Shown in pieces: positions 49,719 through 61,852 of a stretch of 64,000 nucleotides of DNA. Numbering within the stretch: the stretch's first letter is position 1; the number at the start of each line of letters is the position of its first letter. The position numbers were made by a program, and so were the translations under genes. Under the pieces are notes generated by a model. The model saw only the letters and a program-made list of their open reading frames with translations. It made no database searches and had not been told where the DNA came from. Origin of the DNA: Mizuhopecten yessoensis (lineage: Eukaryota); contig NW_018408922.1 of the NCBI RefSeq assembly GCF_002113885.1, forward strand, positions 382,462-446,461, read 5' to 3'.

Positions 49719-52700
49719 GTAAGTAAATCGAACGTGGATAAAATGAATGGCAACATGAAGGGCAAAAGGGCATGTGCAAATTAATCCCAATACATCACGT
49801 AGCGTTCTATATCATATGGTGAATAAATAATATGACTCAGGCATGGCCTGGAGAGAGCGCAGCTCGTACATTTGTTTCGATAGTATACTATAATTTTTGA
49901 ATCATAACACTACCCATTTTAATACATACAAAATTTACCTGTTAATTGTTTTTTCCTAGTTGAATCTGTTGCTGGGCAAATCATTCATTTTGAAAACAGG
50001 CATTGCCTGAAACACAGGGCCACGTTACAATCACACATATGCTATACTGATACGGGTCACAACACATGTATATGTGTGTTGTGACCCGTATCAGTATAGC
50101 ATATGTGTGATTGTAACGTGGCCCTGTGCCTGAAACGAGAGACGCGTCTTAATTGCTGTTTTTTTTTCAATTTTATTTTCTAAATAACATTGTTTAAAAT
50201 ATTATCTATTTATTCGTTTTATAGCGATAAATGTAAAATTAATAATAAGTATAGAAAAGCATTCGAAGGAATTATGCAGTTCAAGAGAAAACACAAATGT
50301 ATTTACATGTAGTACTGTTGCATTTAATTGCCCAGTCTATGGCCTCAGCGTAATGTTGCGGAAAGAGTGAGGCCTAGAAGAGGGACTTCATATTTGAAGA
50401 TGTATTGTTTATCAAAATGTAACGGTTATTATCTGTTATTATAAAAGTTAAGTATATTGGTGATTAAATTCCAATTTTATTTTCCAACATAATATACTTT
50501 GCCTGATCCCTCTAAATCGTGTAAAAAGAGAATCACAATAGCCCAAACATAACCGGATTTCCGTCTGGTTTGGTAGTTACTATATACTTCCGGTTTGGGT
50601 GGAGAGAAGTAAAGACTGAAAATTTGAAAGAAGCTTCACTTTCTATAATTTAAATTTTTAATGTCACGAATTTACATAACCACAGAAACAAATTATCAAA
50701 TAAAGAGATATTTTTGAGAATGTGTAGCAAAGCTAAACAGCATCGTAAAAAAAAGTAACGCGGTAACTCTATACTAGCTACTTCCATGACGAAGGATTTT
50801 GGAACCATAGTATTTCGACGTTACCATGACTTCAATTGTTCGTACACATGTTACCGGAAAAGAGCTTCGCTTCTTGCGCCTCCTTCCGCGCAAAAAGAGC
50901 TGTGCTCTTCTTATTGTTTGCGATAACTTGTTTCATGTACTGTCGATCTACAATCATCTGTCGTTGTCGCATTCTGCCATGGTAAGTGTGATTTATCACA
51001 GAAGCCTGAAGTTCTGTCAAAAATGAATAATAACGGTAACACTATTTTTAGCTCACCTGGCACGAAGTTATGCCGTGGCGCGGCGTCGTCCGTCCGTCCG
51101 GCGTCAATATTTTAAGTTAAACGACTTCTTCTTTAAACCAAAAGGCCTATGGTGTCGATATTTGGCCAAAAGCTTGGGTGAAGGGCTGCCAAGTTTGTTC
51201 AAATGAATGACCTTCAATTATATTCAAGGTTACAGGGGTCAAATATGTGAAAAACATTGAACAACTTCCTCTCAATAACCAAAATGCCCAGGGTGATGAT
51301 ATTTAGTCAGTAGCATACTAGAATCAAGTGCTACCAAGTTTGTTTAAATGTATGACCTTGAATCATATTCAAGGTCACAAGAAGCAAATATGTTCAAAAT
51401 AAAAAAATAAAAACTTGTTCTGAATAACCACACTGCTCAGGATGGTGATATTTAGTCAGTAGCATGCTGGGATCAAGGACTACTATGTTTGTTAAAGTGA
51501 ATGACTTTGACTTATATTCAAGGTCACAGGGGTCAAATTTGTTCAAAATCTTTAAACGACCTCTTCTGAATAACCATGGGTCCCAGGATGTTGATACTTT
51601 GCAAGTTGCATTCTGAGATGAAAGGCTATAAAGTTTGTTCAACATAATGACTTTGTTCGACTTTCAATCACAGGTGTGAAATGTTTCAAAAAAAAAAACA
51701 GGTTCTTTTGAATAAATTTTCATCATAAATCACTCCTGTGCAGTTACCCATTTCAGTATTAATAATTTTATTACTGAAATGGGTAATAAAGTGAAATAAA
51801 TATGCACAAAGTTCTTTTACACATTATGAACAAAAAAGGGCGTCGTTCTTTCAACATAATCAAATAAAAAATACAATGAGGTACAATTGTGTACAAAAAT
51901 ATGTAAATTCATTTGTCTAAATTTATGTGAAAATGACAAATTGCATCACCTCCATTGCTTAATTATAGTATGTTGTAGAGTAGCTCTAAATAGCACACAT
52001 AAAAAACCATGCTCACCTGTCACATTTGCACTGGATAGTCCCATTGATTAAACGCTGAAGTCAATGGAGAACATTTAGTCTGTGATATGGTTTGTCCTTT
52101 TCACATCAGAATTGATAAATATTTGTGCACAAATGTACTTCATTGTGTTGTTTATTTGATTGACGCCCCTTTTTGCTCCAAGTGTTTAAAAGAACTTTGT
52201 GTGTTTTTATTTCACTTTATTCCCCATTTCAGTAATAAAATTATTACTCAAATGGGTAACTGTTACCCAGATGTAGGATTATTACACATATATGCGCCGT
52301 TGTGACCAACCTGTTACCTAGCTACATGCTAAAGCTAGTCCATACACCAGTAACTGTTGTGATGAATCACTGCAGTACCATAGCTACTTGTCTCGTCTGT
52401 TAATACACCAAATACAATTTATATTATGGGTGTATTGACAAACGATGCTAGTACCTATGGCAGTATAGTAAGTATACAACTGTAATGACTTGTCCATTTT
52501 GGCATTTATCATTTATAGCTGTGTATGAGTAACAGGAAAGATAATAGTGTGCTTCCACCGGAGATCGAACCCACGATCTCTAGGTTCCTAGTCGGACGCT
52601 CTACCACTGAGCTAAAGGGAAATTCCCTCTAGCTTGAAGCTAGAACTTAGTATAGAAGGCGACCGTAAATTAATTCAGGGGCCGCTATGGTTAGAAAAAA

Positions 52701-54951
52701 TGCCACTCAGATGAATATAACTGTGTGTGCTTATCCAAACCGAAACCAGGTAACTGTGTTTTCTTGTGCAATGAAATCGTTATAAATTAATCACATATTA
52801 TCACTAGCCTCCCGATAGGGTAATTTTCGTAGTTTCACTTCACTATTGTGAGCTGTCATTATGTCAATGCTGTGCACACGTATTTCAGTGCATCACTCTG
52901 GTCGGAACACTGACAATAGCTGCCGGTGAATTATGACTAAAGTTTCAACAGAATATCAGTCGATATTATGTTTACATTCAAAGTTTATTGTTACCATGTC
53001 TATGTTTGTACTGATCACAAGTGTTTTCAAGGTCTGTCAATCAGCAGTCAGGAGAGACATTTCTGCCCGGAATTCAATAAATACTAGCCTACATTTTAGG
53101 ACAGTTTCCGGGTATGTGAATTTGCTAACCAGATAGTACTCATACCCAAATTAAACCACAACCGGTATACGGTTACCCATTCCCCCCCTACGTAATTTTA
53201 TGCACACGTAAAATCTTCCACAGTTGTATTGAGATTAAAAAAAAAAAGCAAAATCGCATAAAACTACAGGTTTTATGGTTATGTTGACTATGAAAGCATA
53301 TACATTGGTGGTCGAGTGATGCAGTGGATAACACACTTGTCTTTCACCAAGGGCCCAGGGTTCGCTTCCACGATTAGGCATGAAGAGGTATTGGGTCTGT
53401 CACCTACCTGCACGTAGGTTTTCTATCGCTAACATCCAGGCCAACTAGAGTGATCAATATAAGTTGAAATAACTTGTTTCATAATTTTTGTTGAATAAAG
53501 TTCAAAAACACAACTCTATGTTGTTGTTTTCTTGTTAAAAAATATTGCGTGAAAACACTTGAAAGTGCCAATTTCTGATAGGTTAATGTAGCTATTATAG
53601 GTCTTACAGTTATATAGCTAGATCAGCACAGTGTACTGGATCTGTATTTCTCTTACCCTGGACAGGTGCACATGTATCCACACTTTTACTGGTGTGAGAT
53701 TTCGTTGTCTCGCCCTTGGGTCGAGACGGGGGGGGGGGGGGGGGGGGGGNNNNNNNNNNNNNNNNNNNNNNNNNNNNNNNNNNNNNNNNNNNNNNNNNNN
53801 NNNNNNNNNNNNNNNNNNNNNNNNNNNNNNNNNNNNNNNNNNNNNNNNNNNNNNNNNNNNNNNNNNNNNNNNNNNNNNNNNCCCCCCCCCCCCCCCCCCC
53901 CCCTTGTGGGTAAGATAGGGGAATCTCAACCCCCGTGCAAAGCCTCGTATTTGGCAACTTAAGAATCTTTCCATGAGGGTTGAGATTCTTCTATCTTACC
54001 CATAGAAATCAAGTAACTAGCGTAAGATTAATAGAATCTCTCACACCCTTGGGGGTGAGATTCTCCTATCTCACCCCCAAGGGTGTGAGAGATTCAATTA
54101 ATCTTACGCTAGTTACTTGAATAAAACCATAGTTGCTGGACACACTTATATGATGTGTATACATGTACATAATTAGTCCGAATTATTCTGACGTTTTATT
54201 GCCTTTTTTCATATCAGGTGTGTCGTCGATTAACGTCAGAACTCGGCCCTTTATAATATGCGACCCGTGCCCGGAGCGCACTTCAAACTGATATTTTAGA
54301 AACAAATCGTCCCTTTCACACACATGTCGCACGATATGCCTATTCCATATCACACCCAGTATCAACCCGAGACTCCAATATCATTTGAGGGTTGACGATA
54401 TAGAAAAAGGCATGTTTTCTTCTGACTATTACATGCTTCCTCTGCCGCCACATCGCCAATCATACCAATGACAGCAGACAGTTCTGGCACAATGGGTTGA
54501 TTGTTCTCCTGCTCAATAAAATATTCTAACTCAAGAATCCTATTGGCAACAGCTAGCAGAATCCAATGTTAGCTCCCCCAATTCGTAACCGTTTTTCAGC
54601 ATCAGCCACAGTTGAACTGTTGGTAAACAAGGGTTCCAAATGACGTTGTTGGTGGTAGATGGGAAAAATAAGAAGGGTTCCAAAAGGGGTGTGATAAATG
54701 TATCTGTAAGACTTTTTCCGCCTTAGGATGCATACTGCCCATGCATGAGGGCTCTTTTGTTACTTGTATCATTTCTAGCTATAGATCAGGTTTAAAGATT
54801 CTGATTAATCCCATTTTATCATTTTGCTTTATTTCAGGAGGTCTATGTAGGAGGAGTGATTGTCCAGCTTGGCATTTTCGGCCCGCCTTTCTATTTTATG
54901 TCGCAGATCTCCACGTACAGCAAACATCATCTACGAGGAGACAGACTTTAG
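49596..54951 (+). CDS. COX8: Cytochrome c oxidase subunit 8-like, mitochondrial precursor, 78 aa; join(49596..49718,54838..54951)
   Basis: MAGVMRGVVGVASRMSRVSPVKTQVRTLLNPSLPVTPLTKA|EVYVGGVIVQLGIFGPPFYFMSQISTYSKHHLRGDRL*. Arg/Ser-rich presequence with no acidic residues, one TM helix, COX8 pattern P-x3-L-x3-E-x3-G...P...Y. Phase-0 intron before the Glu, as in vertebrate COX8. AATAAA at 55198-55203. Confidence 0.82.
50013..50128. repeat. Perfect fold-back palindrome (54-bp stem) with 7-bp flanking direct repeat
   Basis: Arms 50013-50066 and 50075-50128; CCTGAAA at 50006-50012 and 50129-50135. Confidence 0.9.
51045..51700 (-). mobile_element. HINE-like element, opposite orientation
   Basis: TTTTTAGCTCACCTG terminus, (CGTC)n, and about 137-bp repeats containing TGACCTT..TCAAGGTCACAGGGGTCAAA. 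Confidence 0.75.
51741..52262. mobile_element. MITE with long imperfect TIRs
   Basis: CAGTTACCCATTTCAGTA... / ...TACTCAAATGGGTAACTG; more than 100 bp of inverted similarity. Confidence 0.8.
52529..52633 (-). pseudogene. tRNA-like sequence (repeat head or tRNA pseudogene)
   Basis: Perfect D-arm TAGCTCAGTGGTAGAGC and GGGTTCGATC, but the anticodon and T stems do not pair. Confidence 0.55.
53307..53500 (+). mobile_element. Degenerate tRNA-derived SINE fragment
   Basis: GGTGGTCGAGTGATGCAGTGGATAAC..GGGTTCGCTTCC head. Confidence 0.45.
53750..53881. other. Assembly gap between poly-G and poly-C runs
   Basis: N run. Confidence 0.99.
54009..54120. repeat. Near-perfect fold-back palindrome (53-bp stem, 1 mismatch)
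   Basis: Arms 54009-54061 and 54068-54120. Confidence 0.9.
54838..54951 (+). CDS. COX8: COX8-like exon 2 (TM helix)
   Basis: Polypyrimidine tract plus TTTCAG acceptor; TAG at 54949-54951. Confidence 0.85.
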   Translation, partial: EVYVGGVIVQLGIFGPPFYFMSQISTYSKHHLRGDRL

Positions 54952-55513
54952 AATAGAAACATGTCAAGTGGTGTGTTCGTTTACTGATGGGTAGAAAGAC
55001 GTCAGAAAGCTGAAAAAGTCCAAAGCCATTAACTGATCAGGAGAACATAACTCTACATCAAAGACAAAATTTTGAGGCTTAAGGACTGTTACACATTCTG
55101 TAAAGAGATTGAAGAGACTTGAGTTAGGGAAGAAATTGGACATTCGGTAAAAAAATTGTCATGAAGTTCTGTAGTTTTCTATCCATCCTTTGATGTTAAT
55201 AAAATTGTATTTGAATTAAAAATCTGGTTAAAAATTGAAATAGACTGGTTTCCATGTTTTTATGACTGTTGGGCAACAGTTACATGAAAGTTGAATAATT
55301 ACTAGATATTTTATGTCGGAAGCATCTGTATGACCAATAACAGTCTTGTATATCAAAATAATTGAGTTTTGCATAATTCACATGTTTATATCACTAGGAG
55401 CTAGAAAACCTACTTCGAAATCGTCAGAGTTATGGACGTTCTGTCAGTGCTTGAATACGTTACGCAATGTAGTGTCCGATAACGGATTCACATTGTCCGG
55501 AAAGGTGTAATTA

Positions 55514-55846
55514 TAATAATAATATTAATTTGAGGTTTTTATATACTACTTTATCACAACCTAGGTCCTAGGGTTCTCAAATTATTATCCATGGTTATAG
55601 GGCCTTTGCAACCAGCCATAATCTTTCTCAACTCCGAGCATACAGCCGGTGCTGCCATTTCGGCGCTCACAGCTAGCATTCAACAATTCTATTTCTGCCC
55701 AACCACATACTCATTTACAGCTGAGTAGACTGGAACAAGAGGAGTAAAGTATCTTGCTCAAAGACACAACACCGTGCTGCCGTGACTCGAACCCGCAACC
55801 CTTGGGTAACGAGCCCAGCGTCCTACCACTAGACTATTGTGCCTCC
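55514..55846 (-). mobile_element. tRNA-derived CORE-type SINE
   Basis: Same family as 61853-62205; (TTA)n tail. Confidence 0.85.
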
Positions 55847-56424
55847 TCTTCTAGCATTAGTGTAGCTTTGATAATCTATTTCAGGAAAAGAAAACCATAC
55901 CCTGCATGACTTTAATGAACAAAGATGAATGTAAAATAAGCGAAATATAATCAACAAAGTGTCCTGAAATAACTTAAATGGGGCTTTAGATTGTTATCCT
56001 ATAGCTATCACTCGAACCAACTGAGATAGACCAGGTCAACGGAGATGTCCTCTCACAGCTTCGCTACAGTTATGTCTAAACAGAATTGTTCTTCTTTCGC
56101 TTTGTTCTGACCCAAGTGTGCTACAGTTATATAAATAAAACGAAATTAAGGGGAGGTAGCTGTGTTTATACAAACACACTGTGTTGTGGGACAGGAGTTT
56201 TGAAGTTTATTTTCATTTTATCCAAATAACAAAGAATACATGTATTTTTACCCTCAAATAAAATTATTGGTGTACATTCATTGTTCATAAAGAATAGTGT
56301 TGTGCATTTAAGCTTGGCGGTAATACATTGTACCTACACACCACAAATCTTGTGCATGTATTAGTGAATATCTTTCAAGTTAAGTTTAAAGTCCTATATG
56401 GTTTTCATCCAGATTTGGTACATA

Positions 56425-56722
56425 TATAATGGGAGAGAGAAAATGTAAGACCTGTCAAGGATTCGAACTCGGAACCCTCCAAACTCTAGAAGGACACTGA
56501 CCAAATGAACTACATTTTGTACCTGTTGCCCGGTGATCAACCCAGTCCAACTTCACTACATTCCTCCCTCCTTTATCTAAGTCATCGCACACGAAAACAA
56601 CTCTATTTACAACCCAGGTTCGGGTATATCCTTGCCAGGTATTAGCACTGTATTCAAAACAAGTTTTGGTCAAAGGCACCACTGAAACAGGCAAGAAAAA
56701 AACAAGCCAGACTGGAATTCAA
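56425..56722 (-). mobile_element. Second copy of the TRIM-like element (5' LTR truncated)
   Basis: Minus strand: ..CA, GTGGTGCC, internal region similar to 8043-8147, AAAGGAGGGAGGAA PPT, then TGTAG...GTTCGAATC LTR. Confidence 0.65.
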
Positions 56723-57460
56723 ATACATGTGCAACGTCAATTGACTCAGTCAAGCTCTGCTATACACATACACACAATGGGTCAAATGATTATGTGAATG
56801 TGAAAATTGATTCAGCCATGATCCAAAGCAGTACGTAATAGTCCTGAAAGTGCTCTATCAATTTACAGCTGTTCAACATTGCGTGCAGAAACCAGTAGAC
56901 CTACATATCCAAACTGATTTCTTTTAGACTATATACATATTGTATGTGTAACAGAAAAGGGAAATGATATAACCAGCCTGGGATTGGAACCTTGGACCTT
57001 CAAACTTCAGACATGCACTCTAACCACTGGTATACCTGGTCACCAGCGCCAATGCTTTTACATGTGCTAGTACATATAAACTCTTTTTTCTGTATTTTTT
57101 TGCTAATACTTTGGCTACCAAAAACCTGGTTTTAACAATAAAAAGTGATACATCTATTTGTGATTGTATGCTCTAGTTTACTAAATCCACTGTCGAAGGG
57201 GAGATAACCCTTTGTCAATTTTGGAAAAACATGTTAATCATTAGACTTACTGTACTGATTTGTCAATTCATTTCGGTGATGGTCTACCGCAAAGGTATCT
57301 CCAAGCTACAGAATGATAAATAAATCTACTTGCATCCATTCAGATTTTAACATAGAGTTAACGGAAATTCCCCCATGCAATCTTCAGGACGTGTCCTCTG
57401 ATTTGCTTTGTAGGAGTAATATTCGTGAGGGGATATATTTTCACAGAAATACAAAAATCA

Positions 57461-57660
57461 CCGTCCGTCAGTCACTGTCTACACACCGGCCGTCAGTCAC
57501 TGTTTACAAATCGGCCGTCAGTCACGGTCTACACATGTACATCGTCCGTCAGTCACTGTCTACACATCGTCCGTCGGTCACCGTTTACACTTGTACATCG
57601 TCCGTCAGTCATTGTCTACACATCGTCCGTCAGTCACAGTTTACATAATATTCACCGTCA
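57461..57660. repeat. Short tandem repeat, about 26-31 nt (catcgtccgtcagtcactgtctaca)
   Basis: About 7 imperfect copies. Confidence 0.85.
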
Positions 57661-58462
57661 TATTTGTATGTCTGTAGAAGAACAAATAATAAACCCTAAT
57701 TTCATTGATCGTGAAATACTTGATTTGTAAGATTCTGATAATTATACTGTTGCGGTTCTTACATAGGTCAACGAAGGTGTAGTCAAGGCAACAGTCCAGT
57801 TAACAGTTTATTTATAATTTGTGGAATAAAAACATAATCTGTTGATATAACGTAAGGTTCCGAGACTATGCTGATCATGGAAAAACACTTGAAAAGATAA
57901 ATCAGTTGTTGACTACAGCATTGTCACTTCAATTATGTTTTATATTCTCTGTTTAGTTCATGTGGTGGAGTTTAATCCAGATGTGCTTCAGTAAATGTAA
58001 TAGTTTAACACGTTCTAAAAGGTGTAAGGATAAAAAGTGTGCATTTGTAGAAAGTATTTATACTGATATTGTAAATGAACTTGTCATTTGTTTTTGTTTT
58101 TTAAATCAGTAACGTCGTTTGTGACAAACTTTGTAGTTTATTAAAAAATCTGTGCAATCGATACTTTCGGTGTTCCATGTACGTGTCTGACGATACATGC
58201 AAGGGAGATCGTTCAAGAACCGTTTTGAAAGCCGACATGTTACCAGCAGGTAAACGTGAATGACTCCATAAGTACATTGTAGGTAAGGATATTGGTTTGG
58301 ATGTTTCGTATAATTACATAGAGGATTTAAACAGAGCTGTAAGTTTGGTAAAGTGAATTGGGAGACAGAGGAAGTCGTGAGAGTATTGAAGAATAATATT
58401 GATGACTTGCTAGACAGTTGCGATGTTGGCGAGCTTAGTCACTCCTCGACACTCACGGGTTA

Positions 58463-58775
58463 CGCTCACTTTCGCTCCCTGCGCCCCTAGAATATGTCAC
58501 AGCAAAATTGAAGGCTCAGTGTACACCACCTTGTGGACGAGACAACCCGACTATTTCGATCCTTTGATGTTCATCAAAAGAATCTCGCGGTTACGTAACG
58601 GTAACAATCGACAGGCTTTGAAGTCAGGCGTCTCTCCATTGAAATCTTCAAGTGCAGGTATCAGCCTGGCGATTGGTCCGGTTGTTTTTTTTACCTGAGA
58701 CCAATCAAACAGCTATCTTCGTGTCTTCAATTTTGCTATGACATATTCTAGGGGCGCAGAGAGCGAAATTGAGCG
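58463..58775. mobile_element. MITE with about 50-bp TIRs
   Basis: CGCTCACTTTCGCTCCCTGCGCCCCTAGAATATGTCA.. / ..TGACATATTCTAGGGGCGCAGAGAGCGAAATTGAGCG. Confidence 0.85.
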
Positions 58776-59029
58776 TTTCTCTACGATACACTCCAATACA
58801 TTTAAGTATTGGAGTAGCGGAATTACAAGTCTAATTTTACTTAGACCAGAACAAGCTTAAGGTACAAATACTTCTCTCAAATAATTAATTTCAACTTATG
58901 ATTCTACATTTTATATAACTTAAAATTGAATGTTTGGTTTGGTTTAGTATTGTTTAACGTCCTATCAACAGCCATGATCATTCAATTGTATTTTTTCACA
59001 TGCTGTTTGTCAGTGTGTGTTGAGCCACG

Positions 59030-60180
59030 GAAACAGGCCTCAGCCATTATCAATGCAGTGGTGACCACAAATGTGTAGAAGGTCGAGGAGAGACAGTAGA
59101 CAGACTTGAAACGGAGGCAACGTAAAGAAATACCATTCACTGATTTCTCAGTCTAGGCAATAAGGTGTTGGTATACAATGCTAAGAATGTATCAACCATA
59201 AAATTAAGAGAACTTGCAGCAAAGATATATGAATACCCTGCTATGTACAATCTGTATTCCTTCGAAGGAAAGGCTGCCACTTTAGAAAACGGGCCAGGTC
59301 ATGTGTTGAAGAAAAAGGCAAATATTGAACGTTTAAAATTAGTCAAGGCCAGCAAAACAAATACGACTAATTATAAGTCAAGCCCTGTGTAACGTGTTGG
59401 CAATGCTTTGGATGAGGCCCAGGCGACAACAAAATAGCCACACATCGCCACAGCTTTTCTGGTTGAAACTTTCATTGCAGAGAAAGTTTCCATGTATCGA
59501 AGTGACATCAGTGCCGATAAAAACCGGATTTCTCTTGTCAGCAACCTGCAACTGACCAAGACAGCACTGTATGATATGGGATATCACGTCCAGGGCCCGT
59601 ATTCATGAAACCGTTCTCATGCTCAAGCATGGATTTTGTGTTTATGCCAACATTCTTGTAACACACTTAAAAATCATGTCAAACGATCAAAACGTTTAAG
59701 TCTCTTCAAAGTTTTTCCAGTTCTTTTTAAAAGAATAACAAAAAATAGTATCAAGTTATAACCAGAACAAGAAAGTAGGCTTGAGCACAAATTCCATGCT
59801 TGAGCATGGGAACGATTTCATGAATACGGGCCCAAGTCTTCCATTCCAGGGTTTCATAAGAAAAGTCCATAACCTAGGGGGAACAATGAGAATACCAAGA
59901 AATGGAGTGTTTCGGGACACAGTTGACATAAGACATTTGAACACAAACAAAACAACTATTGCTATGTCAGCCGTGTGCGTCAAGGCAGCACAACCGGTTT
60001 AACCTGTATTGGCGTTAGCAGAGACGGTAAAGAAGAAGCCATGGCATTTGCAAGACGTTGCCAAGGAGCAGTCGTCACTAGGTGAAACAGACAGACTTAC
60101 GGTTGGTGGGGAGACCCTGGAGTTCGTTGATTTATGCACACTGGATGACAGAAAATGGTTTAATGATAAGGTACAAATAA
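59030..60180 (+). mobile_element. Ginger/Gypsy-type integrase C-terminus plus Ulp1-like remnant
   Basis: NV*KVEERQ*..FSV(G)NKVLVYNAK..GHVLKKKANIERLK, followed downstream by LEFVDLCTLDDRKWFNDK. Confidence 0.45.
59593..59833. mobile_element. MITE (PIF/Harbinger-like) inserted in the Ginger-like remnant
   Basis: About 48-bp TIRs GGGCCCGTATTCATGAAA.. / ..TTTCATGAATACGGGCCC. Confidence 0.85.
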
Positions 60181-60336
60181 TTACCAATATGTACGAAAGC
60201 CATTGGCAAGCAGAGATATTTAAAGTGGCTAAGATGTCCCTTTTTCCTTCTGCCTACCAATGGACTAAATGTTAGATAAAGATGCAGAAATCGTTACGGG
60301 CAGTTATTGAATTATAATGTCATTCTTTAAAGATCG

Positions 60337-60840
60337 GGTTGGATTAGTATTGTTTTACGTCCTATTAACAGCTATGGTCATTTAAGGACGGCCTCTCCTG
60401 TGTGCAAGATACATGTATGCGTGTGTCTTTTGGGAGGCTGCGATATGCTAGTGTTTCTATCCTTGTGATAGCGCGGAACTGATGCCGACTTTATAGTGCT
60501 ACCTCACTGAAACATACTGCCAAAGACACCCAGCAGGACACCCCACCCGGTCACAGTATACTGACAAAGGGCGAACCAGTCGTGCTGAGCGTTAAGCAGG
60601 AGTAGAAACTACGATTTTTACAGTCTCTGGTATGTCTCGGCCAGGGTACAGAACCCAAAGCCTTCCTCATAGGGGCGAACGCTCAACTAAGGGCCAAAAG
60701 TTAGGCATTGTCAAGGGAGACATTAGGAAGAAGAAAGCTGTTTAGAAAGAAGAGAAAAGATAAGATCCCAAATTTAGTCGCCTTTTACGACCATGCAATG
60801 GGGGCAGCAAGTAAAATTCTTACGCCCTACCTGCAGGGAC
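60337..60840 (-). mobile_element. Meta/RUDI-type SINE with an extra 5' module
   Basis: TTTATAGTGCTACCTCACTGAAACA..CCACCCGGTCACAGTATACTGAC..ACCAGTC body as in bivalve Meta-SINEs (recalled, not searched); tail fragment repeated at 58933-58982. Confidence 0.65.
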
Positions 60841-61852
60841 CATTCCTTAAAGACGGAATACTACTACAGTACAGTAGTGCAAAACACTCTAAGGCAACAG
60901 GTTTTATAAACATCGTTTTTATTACATTCAATTGTTCATCTCCGTACAAGTTACAAGCAGTTATACTAACAACACCATCAATTGACTCCCCTACCGACAA
61001 CTTTACAAAACGATGCCTTGATTTTAGTCCGCCGTACTCGTATTCCTTACTATAACGTTACTATTCGTCCGACTAACAAACATTGGTTTGACTCAGCATT
61101 ACGTTAGCATTGTCGTACTCGAAATAGAATCAGAAAGAACTATCAAAAACTAGGACTGAAATCAACCATATGATACAAACAACCCTTTTTTCTGGAAAAT
61201 ACTTAAAAGGTTTATGACTTGTCCGCCAAAGTTACTTTCCCCTCTTGCAATATTTGATGTAGAAATAACTGAAGTACTTAATGACCACCTTTATATCATA
61301 TCTATAGTAACGATAATTCTAATGCAAATTTACCCGACTTCTTGATGAAATGCGCCAATTCTCTAAACGATATCGTTATAAGTGAGAATGACATATTTTA
61401 TATAACGTCAGTCCTTGATGTTGGAAAAGCAGTCGGACCAGACAAATTCAGCCACCGCATGCTTAAAGCTACGGCAACAAGAACTCTTTCTTTTCCTCAC
61501 GCAATCCTATTTTTTCGTTCAACACGCGAGTATTCCTTTCACCTGGAATGGAACAAAAAAAACCCCACACATTTTACCTTTATTTAAGAAGGGTGATCGT
61601 AACTTTCCGGTGAACCGCCGACCTACTTAACTCTTAAGCTTAACTTTCTAAGGTAACGGAAAGACGTATGGTCAAATTTATATTCAATTTTGCAGGAGAC
61701 AATGATATTTTTACATTTATATCCATCTGTTAACAGCTAATTAAGATTCATGTGTTGTGTTTTGTGACCTTTCCAATGCATTTGATTAAGTCTACAATAA
61801 AGGAATGTTGTTCAAACTTCGCCTACACATGGTTTTATGGTAATTTACTTTA

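Noticed and set aside
52529-52633. Functional tRNA gene
   Set aside because: Anticodon and T stems do not pair; the flank ends in CCTGTTAC like the repeat families.
53610-53974. Poly-Gly/poly-Pro ORFs (also at 6528-6833)
   Set aside because: Artefacts of homopolymer runs around N gaps.
60755-60845. HDV-like ribozyme (GG, P4-like hairpin, CTAA)
   Set aside because: I could not fit P1, P2 and P3 by hand.
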